A DNA stretch of 64,000 nt, from assembly GCA_965649295.1 (NCBI GenBank), contig CBFGKH010000006.1, forward strand, positions 96,001-160,000, in the 5' to 3' direction. A model generated the notes under the pieces. The model saw only the letters and a list, made by a program, of their open reading frames with translations. It ran no database searches and was not told the origin of the DNA. Positions 1 to 9,440 of this stretch are shown here, piece after piece (within the stretch, counting starts at the first letter, position 1; each line of letters begins with the position of its first letter). The DNA is from a candidate division WOR-3 bacterium (GTDB lineage: Bacteria > Hydrothermota > Tepidihabitantia > Tepidihabitantales > Tepidihabitantaceae). The translations under genes were made by a program, and so were the position numbers.

Positions 1-849
1 CCAGATTGCTGCCTGAATATCCCAAAGCGTCGCGTTTGGATGTTTGTGGTTGAGTAGGTAGTTGACATTGTCCCAGCCGGCATTGCGGCAGCGCCGCGGA
101 ATACCGGACTTGAGCGTTGACCAAGGCGTCACCTCATACCACGTGTTCGGATACATGTAGGTCGTCTGCTCCGCGCACCAGCCGTTCCAGTACCCGTCGT
201 AGACGTCGTAGCCAGCAGGTACGCCGGCAAGCTGGAACCGCCAGTAGCTGTAGGAGCCGTTGGTGCTCCAGCCTCGCATCATCACCGTCGTCTGGGGCAG
301 CGACGCATCCCGGTAGGCCGGATCAAATTCCGTCTTGAAGTAGCGCGAGAATGTCCCACCTGGGAAAGGATTCTGACCGGCCCAGGCTGCCCGCGCATCG
401 AGGCCGGCCCGCTCGACCCGGGCATAGGCCGCAACGAAGAGTTTGGTGCCGACCGTCCACCACGCCTTCTTGGGCAGTCGGTATTGATAGTATGTCACTG
501 GCGGATTGTGAGTGGTACGATGGTCGAACTGGTTGATGACCGGATTGCCACGGCGCTGCGGAATCCCAGCAAGGCTCGTGTCAACGTGCATGTTCGTATT
601 GAGCATTCGCCAGCCGGCATTGACCTCATAGCGGACGAACAGCGATTCAGTCGTGTTCCAGACGATGACCCGGCCGATTGCGGTGTTGTTACTGATATAG
701 AGTTGCTGAGTATCGGGTGCTGTCACCCAATACCACGCGGTGCTGGTCTCGTAGTCGGTTGGACTGGTCTCCCACAGCCGGTCGCAGCCGACAGTGAAGA
801 AAGCCAGCACAACCGCTGCTGCGAACACCAGTAGTCTTGTGCGCTTCAT
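1..849 (-). CDS. Secreted lipoprotein with thioester-domain-like motifs (3' end outside window; absent from ORF track)
   Basis: Hand translation: MKRTRLLVFAAAVVLAFFTVGC (lipobox), open to the window edge, ending ...GWCAEQ...NVNYLLNHKHPNATLWDIQAAIW; RBS AGGGAGGAAG directly upstream. Confidence 0.8.
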   Translation of the reverse strand, partial: MKRTRLLVFAAAVVLAFFTVGCDRLWETSPTDYETSTAWYWVTAPDTQQLYISNNTAIGRVIVWNTTESLFVRYEVNAGWRMLNTNMHVDTSLAGIPQRRGNPVINQFDHRTTHNPPVTYYQYRLPKKAWWTVGTKLFVAAYARVERAGLDARAAWAGQNPFPGGTFSRYFKTEFDPAYRDASLPQTTVMMRGWSTNGSYSYWRFQLAGVPAGYDVYDGYWNGWCAEQTTYMYPNTWYEVTPWSTLKSGIPRRCRNAGWDNVNYLLNHKHPNATLWDIQAAIW

Positions 850-1130
850 CCTTCCTCCCTTTCTTGCCCACATGTCCGCACCAGACGGCATGCAGGCTCA
901 AACTAGCCGCTGTCTCGGCTGAAGATTCGGCAAAATTGATAGGACGGGACGAGCGCGCCAAACTGCGGGCTAGAACACCCCCCGGTTCAACTCAAGCCGC
1001 AGGGCCCAAGGCGCGTAACCCAAGCCGTCGCTCCTTCCGAAGCTCAGCCTCAGAATTATTATAGTTGGAGTCACGGTTGTTGTCAATCTCCTGCCGGCCG
1101 AACCCGAACAGACCGATTCGAACGCGAATG

Positions 1131-1871
1131 CTAGGGTGCGATAGCGCGCGCCACCAGCCGCGCCTGGGGCACATCCATCACGCAGCGAAACCCAAGCCAG
1201 GTCGAGCCACGCACATCCGGGTCAATGCCCCAACGAGTAGTTGTCCGGCAGAACGCAGCCGAGTTCTTGTAAGAACCGCCGCGAATGGTATTACCGAAAC
1301 CTTCCCACTGACTTGTCGTCAGCTCCCAAACATTGCCGGCCATATCCAGCGCTCCATACGGACTTGCACCCTGGGGAAAGATGCCGACCTCGCTTGGCAG
1401 GCTGATGTTTGCCTCACGGGAATTGCACCGGCCAGGCTCAAACTCATTGCCCCAGGGCCAGTTGCGACCATCTTCGCCGCGAGCGGCAAGCTCCCACTCG
1501 TCCTCAGTTGGCAGCCGCTTGCCGGCCCAGCGAGCATAGGCCTCGGCGTCACGGTATTTGATTCCGGAAACCGGCTGGTTGGGACGGTTGTAGCGCGGGT
1601 CACGCCAGCTCAGCGGCGGAGCGTGATTGGTGGCAGCGACGAATAAACCATACTGCTTGTTGGTAACAGGGCAACGGTCAATATAGAAGTCGCGCAGAAA
1701 GACCTGATGTGGTGGATGCTCGGTCCTGAAGATAGGATCGGCTGGCTCTTTGAGCATCTGCAGGATTTCAGCCACTGCCGCCTGAGTGATGCCCAGCAGG
1801 TAGCGACCGCCAGGCACCAGCACCGCCTCAGCATTGTCGCGGGTGTTCACTATCCTCGATGGTAGCGCCAT
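1131..1871 (-). CDS. Formylglycine-generating enzyme (FGE-sulfatase/SUMF1) family protein
   Basis: Motifs EHPPHQV, RLPTEDEWELAARG, WPWGN, DMAGNVWE, RGGSY, LGFRC; start placed at ATG 1871 behind a TTGACC-16-TATATT promoter. Confidence 0.9.
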   Translation of the reverse strand: MALPSRIVNTRDNAEAVLVPGGRYLLGITQAAVAEILQMLKEPADPIFRTEHPPHQVFLRDFYIDRCPVTNKQYGLFVAATNHAPPLSWRDPRYNRPNQPVSGIKYRDAEAYARWAGKRLPTEDEWELAARGEDGRNWPWGNEFEPGRCNSREANISLPSEVGIFPQGASPYGALDMAGNVWELTTSQWEGFGNTIRGGSYKNSAAFCRTTTRWGIDPDVRGSTWLGFRCVMDVPQARLVARAIAP

Positions 1872-1923
1872 CCCAGCCCAATATAGCACAGCGCCGCCGA
1901 AGGTCAATAGCCTTGATGAACCG

Positions 1924-4173
1924 TCAGTCGGCGTCGCCAGCCACAAACCCGAGAATCGCCTCCGCTGCAGCTTTATCCATAGGTGAATTGTTGTCACCGC
2001 AACGCGGGGAGAGAATGCAGGCCGGGCAGCCATTATCGCAGGGACAGTTACGAACAAGGTCCAGACCGGTGCGAGTCCAACGGTGGAATTGAGCGAAAAG
2101 CTTCTCGGCTATACCGATGCCGTCCTCATAGCCATCATAGATAAAGATTGTCGGCAACCGATTCTGTGGGAAGAAACGGTAGCTCGTACCGCCGATGTCG
2201 CGAGGGTCGCACATCGCCACCAGCGGAGCAATGGCAATCAGCGCATGCTCGGCACCATGCAGCCCGCCACTAAAGTCGTGGCCTGACTCCTCAAGGCGTC
2301 GCGCAAAATCCTCGCTCAATTCGAGACATACCCCGCGGGTCTTGAATTCGACCGCGGGCAACTCAAGCGGGTGCGTGCTGAGAAGTTGGTCATAGCGCTT
2401 AACCCGATAGCCGACATAAGTCTCGCGGACCTGCAACTTGGTGTATGCCAGCTGGCAGCCGGCGATAGTATCATGTTCGGCGAGCCTTTCGAGCAGACTA
2501 AGCTCTTCGTGCTGGATGACGCTAGTATAGTAGTCAACGTCGGCCGGCACTGCCACAGCCTTCCTGGCCGCTAGGTCGAGCGAACTGACCAGATAGGTCT
2601 CACCCTGATGAAGAAGGACAGCCCCAGTGTGTGCTTCGCGACAAGCGCGAGCCAGGTCAAGCGTCTCAACAACCCGCCCCTCAACCACGACCTCGATGCC
2701 GTGCTCTGCAATAGCATCAAGCGCCACTTCTTCCTGCGGCCGGGTGCGGCCGGTATATATCCATCCGGCCGGTGTCGAACGCAATCGCAGTTGGTCTTCG
2801 AGTGCAGCAACCAACGGCATTTCTGCTGGGCCGACCTCATCGCCACGCAAAGGCAGCTCTGCCGCCGCGCAGAGCAAGTGGCCACTCCTAATATAGGGGT
2901 TCTCGGTGTCAATCACCGCGCTCTCAAACCGGCGGTCGAGCACCAGCTCCGGCCGCCGCAAGAAATACTGGTCAAGGGCACTCGGCATGCCGAAGAAGAG
3001 GACGAGCGAATCCTGAAGCTTGCGACCGGCGCGGCCAGCCTGCTGCCAGAACGACGCCAGCGAGCCGGGGTAACCGAAGACGATGATGCAGTCGAGTCCG
3101 CCGACATCAATTCCAAGCTCAAGTGCGCTGGTGGAAACGACCGCTGCCAGCTCACCAGCCGCGAGCGCCGCCTCGATGCGGCGACGGTCTTCTGCCAGAT
3201 AGCCAGCGCGGTATGGGGAAACCGCTAGCTCGGGCCGGCTCTCCCGTGCCCATCGAGATATCAGCTCGGCCTGACGCCGGGACTGAACAAAACAGATGGT
3301 CTGCAGCCCGGCCAGTGCGAAGTGAGTAACCAAACGCTGGGCCTGGGTATAGACCGATGATTCAGGATCGGCAAGCGGATTATAGAACGCTACAAAACCA
3401 CGACCGCGGGGCGAACTGTCGCTGTCAATACAACTGAACTCGAGACCAGTCAGCTTCTGGGCCAGCTCTTCGGGATTGGCAATTGATGCCGAGGCAAGGA
3501 TGAACTGCGGTTTCGCACCATAGCAGGCCGCAACCCGACGCAAACGCCAAATGAGCTGGGCAACGTTGCTGCCGAACACCCCCCGGTAGCGGTGAGCTTC
3601 GTCAATGATAACAAAACGGAGACCACGCCAGAATCGCTGCCATTGATAATGATAGGGAAGAATCTGATGCAGCTCATATGGATTGGAGAGCACCAGACGC
3701 GAACTGCGGCGAATTCCCGGACGTTTGTCAGCCGGCGTGTCGCCATCATAGACTGCCGGACGCAGAGGAATGCCGGCTGACCTCTCTAGCGTCTGCAAGA
3801 CCTTGAGCTGGTCATGCGTCACCGCCTTCATTGGATAGAGATACAACGCAGTTGCCTGCGGGTCGCGCCCCAACTTCTCCATGACCGGCAGGTTGAAACC
3901 AAGGGTCTTGCCCGAAGCAGTGCCGGTGGTAATGATGACGTTTCCACCACACCGACAGCGCTGTAGCAGCTCAACCTGGTGCCGGTAAAGCTTCGGCACG
4001 CCAATTGCGTCCAGATAACGCTGCAATTCTGCGGGCAGAGCTGGATTCGGTTCAGCGTACTCGGCCGTCCGGGCGGCCAATGGTTCAATGTGGACTAGCT
4101 GACCGCGATACCAGCCCGTACGTCGAAGTGCGTCGAGAACGGCAAGAATATCAGGCAAGGCGAGGCAGCCCAA
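1924..4173 (-). CDS. DEAD/DEAH-box helicase with DUF1998 Zn-binding C-terminus (MrfA/YprA/Hrq1-like)
   Basis: TGTASGKT, DEAH, SAS, ELGIDVG, QQAGRAGR; C-terminal CD...CPCDNGCPAC; start approximate. Confidence 0.92.
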   Translation of the reverse strand: MGCLALPDILAVLDALRRTGWYRGQLVHIEPLAARTAEYAEPNPALPAELQRYLDAIGVPKLYRHQVELLQRCRCGGNVIITTGTASGKTLGFNLPVMEKLGRDPQATALYLYPMKAVTHDQLKVLQTLERSAGIPLRPAVYDGDTPADKRPGIRRSSRLVLSNPYELHQILPYHYQWQRFWRGLRFVIIDEAHRYRGVFGSNVAQLIWRLRRVAACYGAKPQFILASASIANPEELAQKLTGLEFSCIDSDSSPRGRGFVAFYNPLADPESSVYTQAQRLVTHFALAGLQTICFVQSRRQAELISRWARESRPELAVSPYRAGYLAEDRRRIEAALAAGELAAVVSTSALELGIDVGGLDCIIVFGYPGSLASFWQQAGRAGRKLQDSLVLFFGMPSALDQYFLRRPELVLDRRFESAVIDTENPYIRSGHLLCAAAELPLRGDEVGPAEMPLVAALEDQLRLRSTPAGWIYTGRTRPQEEVALDAIAEHGIEVVVEGRVVETLDLARACREAHTGAVLLHQGETYLVSSLDLAARKAVAVPADVDYYTSVIQHEELSLLERLAEHDTIAGCQLAYTKLQVRETYVGYRVKRYDQLLSTHPLELPAVEFKTRGVCLELSEDFARRLEESGHDFSGGLHGAEHALIAIAPLVAMCDPRDIGGTSYRFFPQNRLPTIFIYDGYEDGIGIAEKLFAQFHRWTRTGLDLVRNCPCDNGCPACILSPRCGDNNSPMDKAAAEAILGFVAGDAD

Positions 4174-4212
4174 TCGCCGGCCGCCGGGGCGCTCTGATAG
4201 CGAACAAGCAGA

Positions 4213-5229
4213 TTAGGACTCGCGAGCAAACCAATGGTCAACTAGCGCAGTGAAGATGTTGACCAGACTCGCCACATCCTGCCGGTTGTGGTCAACAATC
4301 GGCTTTAGGTAGCCAGCATTACCGGTACGTAGATACTCGTAGTAGAACTCCGGTACATACTCGCCCGGCAGGTCAGTGTCGCGACTTTGACCAAGAATGC
4401 TCTGCTCAATGCTCGCGAGCGAGCAGGACTCAAGCTCAGCCTTCCAGGCCCGGCGGCAGAAGTGAAGCAGATCAAAGTGAACTGCCGGAGGGTTGAAACG
4501 CAACCCATAGTAGGCAGAACGACCGCCTAGGAACGGTACATCGAAGGATTTACCGTTGTAGGTCACGAGCACCGGATGGGCAGCTATCTGCCGGCCGACC
4601 TCATAGATTAGGGCGAGTTCATCAGAGAAGTCGCGCACGATATACTGATCAAGCTGGACCTCGTTCTCGCTCCTAATCTGAGCCAGCCCGGCGACAACCA
4701 CCGGCTGCCCGGCAAACAACCCCATCGTCTCAATGTCCAGAAAGAGAAAATCGGAGTCTGGATGCAGCCCCGAGAGTGAAAGTACGCTCGGGTCCGAACG
4801 CGAGAGCCGGGTGCCCAGCACTTCAGCCAGCTCGTCGGTACTACCCGACTCGATTAGTTCACGAATCCGCCTCGACTCGTCAGCAAAGCGGGGATGGCTC
4901 TCGAGCGAAGCCAGCGAGGCGAAGCCCTGTTCAATGAGCTTGGATTGTGTTTGCGACCGGATGCCGCGGACCAGCTCGGTCGCGCTCTGGAGTCGGGCGC
5001 GAGTCGCCCCTGGATCGGCACGACGGATGGCTGCCCGCAGAGTGTAGCTGAGTCGGAAGCAGGCCCCGTAGTCATTACGGATGATGCTACCCGGCAGCAC
5101 ATCGGCAAACTTCATCCCCTCATAATCACGGCGGAGCTGCTCCTTGTATGCCAGTATCGAATCGAACCGATGGCCGGAGTCAAACTCCTCCTCATCAGGA
5201 CGATAATCGTCTGGGTCAAAGCTCCGCAT
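4213..5229 (-). CDS. RNase H-like DEDD exonuclease (YprB/MrfB-like) with N-terminal HhH-like segment
   Basis: FLDIETMG, TYNGKSFDVPFL, HFDLLH, HNRQDV; directly upstream of the helicase. Confidence 0.88.
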   Translation of the reverse strand: MRSFDPDDYRPDEEEFDSGHRFDSILAYKEQLRRDYEGMKFADVLPGSIIRNDYGACFRLSYTLRAAIRRADPGATRARLQSATELVRGIRSQTQSKLIEQGFASLASLESHPRFADESRRIRELIESGSTDELAEVLGTRLSRSDPSVLSLSGLHPDSDFLFLDIETMGLFAGQPVVVAGLAQIRSENEVQLDQYIVRDFSDELALIYEVGRQIAAHPVLVTYNGKSFDVPFLGGRSAYYGLRFNPPAVHFDLLHFCRRAWKAELESCSLASIEQSILGQSRDTDLPGEYVPEFYYEYLRTGNAGYLKPIVDHNRQDVASLVNIFTALVDHWFARES

Positions 5230-5363
5230 CGGCCCATTATACAGCGAAGAGCGACTGCCACCAAGCCATGTTAGCAGCAAAAGCTGTAGGTTGCAGACCG
5301 TGCCGGCACAGCCAAACGACAGTAGCCACCGTAACTAGACACTAGGCGATATTGATTGGTAGC

Positions 5364-5480
5364 TCAGGATTCGTTCTTCCGCGTGGGGCGAGTCAGCCGA
5401 ATCCTAAACCTTTTGCTGGCTAGATGGGCAGTCCAAGATTCGCTCTGGTGAGTCAGGCGAGCCAGCCGAATCCTGAACCC
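5364..5480. repeat. Two tandem imperfect hairpin units downstream of tRNA-Lys
   Basis: GGCGAG(T/C)CAGCCGAATCCT(A/G)AACC at 5387-5410 and 5456-5479, each preceded by a complementary (G/A)GATTCG arm. Confidence 0.6.
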
Positions 5481-5493
5481 TGTGTTCTTTGAA

Positions 5494-5566
5494 TGGGCCG
5501 TGCAGGATTCGAACCTGCGGCCACCGGATTAAAAATCAGGTGCTCTGCCAACTGAGCTAACGGCCC
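5494..5566 (-). tRNA. tRNA-Lys(TTT)
   Basis: GGGCCGTTAGCTCAGTTGGCAGAGCACCTGATTTTTAATCCGGTGGCCGCAGGTTCGAATCCTGCACGGCCCA cloverleaf; one mismatch in anticodon stem; CCA not encoded. Confidence 0.9.
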
Positions 5567-5608
5567 TCTTGCAATTGTATGCCTCCGCCGGTTCGAGTCA
5601 AAAACCGA

Positions 5609-5694
5609 TGCCGGGAGCCGGATTCGAACCGGCACGGCCCCAAGAGGCCAAGGGATTTTAAGTCCCTTGCGTCTGCCAGTTTCGCCATCCCGGC
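5609..5694 (-). tRNA. tRNA-Leu(TAA)
   Basis: GCCGGGATGGCGAAACTGGCAGACGCAAGGGACTTAAAATCCCT..., long variable arm, GTTCGAATC T-loop. Confidence 0.95.
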
Positions 5695-5760
5695 GCAACC
5701 GGAAAGACCAGCGGTCAGCAAGAGTGTCATGGGAAATCGTCGGCACCCGCTAGCCAAGAA

Positions 5761-5832
5761 AGGCGGCTTCGGGATTTGCACCCGAGCATTGCGATTTTGC
5801 AGACCGCTGCCTTACTACTTGGCTAAGCCGCC
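5761..5832 (-). tRNA. tRNA-Cys(GCA)
   Basis: GGCGGCTTAGCCAAGTAGTAAGGCAGCGGTCTGCAAAATCGC...GGGTGCAAATCCCGAAGCCGCCT. Confidence 0.9.
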
Positions 5833-5840
5833 CTGGGAAA

Positions 5841-5913
5841 AGCGGGAGACGAGATTTGAACCCGCGACCCCTACCTTGGCAAGGTAGTGCTCTACCAACT
5901 GAGCTACTCCCGC
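5841..5913 (-). tRNA. tRNA-Gly(GCC)
   Basis: GCGGGAGTAGCTCAGTTGGTAGAGCACTACCTTGCCAAGGTAG...GTTCAAATC. Confidence 0.95.
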
Positions 5914-5921
5914 ATCGAACG

Positions 5922-5994
5922 CGGCCCCAACGGGAGTCGAACCCGTGTCTTCACCTTGAAAGAGTGATGTCCTGAACCGCTAGACGATGGGGCC
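5922..5994 (-). tRNA. tRNA-Glu(TTC)
   Basis: GGCCCCATCGTCTAGCGGTTCAGGACATCACTCTTTCAAGGTGA...GTTCGACTC. Confidence 0.95.
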
Positions 5995-6067
5995 CATCAC
6001 CCTTCCGGGATTCGCTCCCGGATAACCGAAACTTCTCTTCCGAAGCCGGTTGCCGCTTCGGCAAGTA

Positions 6068-6096
6068 ATTTAGCGAATCAAGTGGCTAAAGTCAAC
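6068..6096 (-). promoter_or_regulatory. Sigma70-type promoter of the tRNA operon
   Basis: TTGACT-17-TAAATT upstream of tRNA-Glu. Confidence 0.7.
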
Positions 6097-6104
6097 CGCC
6101 GGCG

Positions 6105-7886
6105 CTAATTGCCCAGCGGGTCGCGGAAGTCGCGAATATCCTCTTCCTTGACCAGCGCCTGGATGATGTTCTGGCCAACCTGCTCCCGCCGCTGCTGTGA
6201 CCAACCATCAGCAGTCAGAGTCGGTGGCTCGACTGCGGTCCGTTCATCGCAGCGAATTATGAACGCGCCCCAACCGGTCTCGAGCACACCATACTTATCA
6301 CCCGGTGCCAGCGCCGCCACAACGCCGCCAAATTCTGCGCCCTTGCGCCGCGTCGCATCAGTCAAACCCACAAACTCTTCGGTTACGAGCTCCACACCCG
6401 GGTTTTCTGCCGCATACTGCTCCAGCGTCTTGCCCGCTCGGATCTGAACCAGCGCCGACTCAGCCTTGGCCTTCCAAACTTCCTTTTCTCGTTCCTGTCG
6501 CACCCGCCAAATTGCTGCCGGCTTCACTTTGTCAAAGGGTTGGTACCCGGCTGGCTGTATCTCCTGCAGGTTGAAAATCATGAATCCCTGCGGCCCGCGC
6601 AGCGGCCGATCAAACGTGGCACCAGCCCGGGCGGTCTTTGCCCAGTCTATCAATTGACCGGAGCCTTCGATATTCATCCCCCCGATATTCAGCTCGCGAT
6701 CAACCATCGGTCGGAACCGCATCACTTGCAGCCCATGCCGAGCCGCAACCGAGTCGAAGCTACCGCGGGCTGCCGATTCGGCAATGGCGATTGCCGAGTC
6801 ACGCAACGTTGCCAGGGCCTCGCCAGACCCTTTCACACGAATGAGGATTCGGCGATAACCGAATGTGTCCTTCCGCACGCTGTCAAGCCGGACTATCTCC
6901 CAGCCCTGGCGCGACAGAAATGGTTCGGAAAAGCTACCCGGCTTCAGTCGCGAAAGCACCGTATCGGTCTTGGGATCGAGCCGACTCCGGGCGACCCAGA
7001 GTCCGGTAGTTTCTGGCTCAAGGTCACTGAAGTCGAGCATCGTCAGATTGAAATCCTCACCAGCCTGAAGCTGAGCATAGGCGCGGCCGATGGCCTCGAT
7101 TGCAGCCTGCGAATCACTGGCGGTTATCGTCACCGGCAGCAGAACATAGCGAAGCTGCCGCACTTCCTTGGTCTTGTAGTCATCTTTGTGCCGCTGATAG
7201 TAGGCCTTGGCCTCCTCTTCGGTTGGCTCAGGCAATCCTTGGGCCAGACTGGCACCAAAGAAAAGTGAGGTCACTTTCCAGCGTGTGTTCGCCCAAGTCA
7301 GAGCATCTTGGACCTCGGCATTGGTGACTCGATAGGCACTACCAGCATCAATGCGGAACTTCTCCTTGGGCAGCATCTCGACCAGATCCTGGAAGTAACG
7401 GGAGAAGAAAGCCCGGTTCTCGGGCGCGTTCATCAGTTGCAGGTACTTCTCCTGATCGAAGCGTCCGTCCTTATATAGGCTGGTGTCGTTCCGCAGCTGC
7501 TCAGGCGGATTGGCCTTCATAATCTCGAAAACCTCTTCCTGAGTCACTCGGATATTGCCCTCGCGAAACACCCGTGCCCAGGTCAGCTCGTTGGTGAGAT
7601 AACGCCAGGTCTGCTGTTCGATCGCAGCATAGTCCTCGTTCGACAAATCACGCAGTTTATTGTCCTGGCGATACTTATTGGTCATATAGGCCAGGGCGTT
7701 GCGGTATTCCTCGAAGCTGATAACGTGCTTGCCGACCCGACCAACGTGGCTGTAGTCACGCCGGCCCCGGCTCTGCCCGCGTGAACCAATCATTCGCCAG
7801 AGTTCACCGGCCAGAAACCCAAGCACAAAAGTAACCGCCACAACAATCATGATAATGCGGACGCGCTTGCGCATTGTACTCAACAT
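6105..7886 (-). CDS. SurA N-terminal domain / PpiD-like peptidyl-prolyl isomerase chaperone
   Basis: MLSTMRKR plus N-terminal TM helix, GRFDQEKY segment, rotamase-like SEPFLSRQGWEIV and ETGWGAFII. Confidence 0.85.
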   Translation of the reverse strand: MLSTMRKRVRIIMIVVAVTFVLGFLAGELWRMIGSRGQSRGRRDYSHVGRVGKHVISFEEYRNALAYMTNKYRQDNKLRDLSNEDYAAIEQQTWRYLTNELTWARVFREGNIRVTQEEVFEIMKANPPEQLRNDTSLYKDGRFDQEKYLQLMNAPENRAFFSRYFQDLVEMLPKEKFRIDAGSAYRVTNAEVQDALTWANTRWKVTSLFFGASLAQGLPEPTEEEAKAYYQRHKDDYKTKEVRQLRYVLLPVTITASDSQAAIEAIGRAYAQLQAGEDFNLTMLDFSDLEPETTGLWVARSRLDPKTDTVLSRLKPGSFSEPFLSRQGWEIVRLDSVRKDTFGYRRILIRVKGSGEALATLRDSAIAIAESAARGSFDSVAARHGLQVMRFRPMVDRELNIGGMNIEGSGQLIDWAKTARAGATFDRPLRGPQGFMIFNLQEIQPAGYQPFDKVKPAAIWRVRQEREKEVWKAKAESALVQIRAGKTLEQYAAENPGVELVTEEFVGLTDATRRKGAEFGGVVAALAPGDKYGVLETGWGAFIIRCDERTAVEPPTLTADGWSQQRREQVGQNIIQALVKEEDIRDFRDPLGN

Positions 7887-8001
7887 AGCCGTCAATTGTA
7901 TCGAGCCAGTTCGCCAAGTCAAATATCCGGAAATCTGTTCGCGGCGCTTGTCACCCCTCTTCGCCTTGACTCCCCCTCTTCGGGCTCTATCATCGAAACC
8001 G

Positions 8002-9414
8002 GTGAAGTGGCTCATTCTTGGCCACACCCGACCACCATCGAGCCGGCTGCTACTTGCCGGAATGGTTCTGTTCGTCCTCCTTTTTGCTCTCTTCTATCCT
8101 TCGACTTTTGCCATCGTTGATGAAGATACCTACCTCACTGGCGCTCTACTCTTTCGCTCCGGCCGGCTCACCTTCGAAGGCTCAGCGATTCCGCCGCCCC
8201 ATCAATCGGTCGAGCATAACGGTCGAATAGCAAGCAAGTATCCGCCCGGTAATTCGCTCTTCTTGCTACCGTTTTTGCTTATCAACTGGCGTGCGGCCTT
8301 CGTCTCCGGCCTCTTGCTGGCGCTGATCAGCACCCTGCTGCTACGAGCATGCCTAGTCAAATTCGACCCAGCAGCAGACCCCAACCTGGCCCTGCTCTGG
8401 CTCTTCTATCCGGCAGTCACACTCTATTCGCGGACACTGATGAGCGATCTCCTTTCGGCCACACTGATTCTCGGCGCCCTCTATCTCCTGGTCTCTCGCC
8501 GTTTCCTGCTCACCGGTGTCCTGCTGGGCGCCGCCTGTCTCGTGCGCTACGCAAATGCGATTGTTGTCCCGATTTTTCTGCTGTTGCTGCCGGCTGAGCG
8601 CCGCACTCGCAGTGCAGTAGCGCTGCTTACCGGTTTCCTACCCTTTGTCGCAGCAATCCTCTTCTATAACAATTACGTCTTCGGTGGCCCATTCCAGTTC
8701 CCCATGTACCTGACCGGCTTCTTCTCACCGGTATTCTTTCCCAAGAACGCCAGCATCTACGCAGTCAATCTGCTTCTCTGTTACCCCGGAATGCTTGTTG
8801 CTCCCCTACTCGTCGGCCCTGGTCACCGCCGGCTGCTCTTGCTACCCGGCCTGGCGCTGCTGCTTCCCTACTGTTTTTTCTCGTTCGTCTATGAAGGTGG
8901 GCTGACTGAGCGGCTGACCATCGGTATGCGTTACCTACTGCCCGCGCTGCCGTTCTTTGTCCTAGCGTTTGCCTTGGTCACTGACCGATTGCTCCGGCAG
9001 TTTCGTGGAACAGCGGTGCTGAAGTATCTGCTCATCAGCCTTACTGTAGCTGCCAGTATCATTATCTCCTACCGGCACAGCCGTTATCTTCAGGTACAGA
9101 CAGCCTATCGTAATCGGCTTTACCGCCAGCTGCCGGCTGACGGACTGCTGTTAGCCAATCCGGATGCGTCCGAGCTGATTAGTCCAGTCTGGGGGGTGCG
9201 GCGTTATCAGCACTATGTCGAATTCAACGTTCCGATGCTTTCTCAGGACGTTGACACCTTGCCCCTTTATGGCACCTTGCTTGAGAAGCCCGGTGATACT
9301 CAGTTTGCTGAACGTGCTGCCTTCTTTGCCCTGCTCAGTCGCTATCCGAATCGGGTCCTACTCGATTCGACAATGACGCCATACCGGTTCTGGCTATACC
9401 GGCTTATCCGGTAG
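8002..9414 (+). CDS. Polytopic membrane glycosyltransferase (GT-C/ArnT-PMT-like)
   Basis: IVDEDTY acidic motif after the first TM, KYPPG, many hydrophobic helices, RYLLP. Confidence 0.7.
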   Translation: MKWLILGHTRPPSSRLLLAGMVLFVLLFALFYPSTFAIVDEDTYLTGALLFRSGRLTFEGSAIPPPHQSVEHNGRIASKYPPGNSLFLLPFLLINWRAAFVSGLLLALISTLLLRACLVKFDPAADPNLALLWLFYPAVTLYSRTLMSDLLSATLILGALYLLVSRRFLLTGVLLGAACLVRYANAIVVPIFLLLLPAERRTRSAVALLTGFLPFVAAILFYNNYVFGGPFQFPMYLTGFFSPVFFPKNASIYAVNLLLCYPGMLVAPLLVGPGHRRLLLLPGLALLLPYCFFSFVYEGGLTERLTIGMRYLLPALPFFVLAFALVTDRLLRQFRGTAVLKYLLISLTVAASIIISYRHSRYLQVQTAYRNRLYRQLPADGLLLANPDASELISPVWGVRRYQHYVEFNVPMLSQDVDTLPLYGTLLEKPGDTQFAERAAFFALLSRYPNRVLLDSTMTPYRFWLYRLIR

Positions 9415-9440
9415 CTCTGACTAGTGTCCGTGACTACCGG

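Noticed and set aside
1131..1300. FGE-sulfatase C-terminus as a diversity-generating retroelement target
   Set aside because: No reverse transcriptase and no template-repeat copy of this region seen in the window
5494..5994. Integrative element inserted at the tRNA cluster
   Set aside because: No integrase and no long duplication of a tRNA 3' end found
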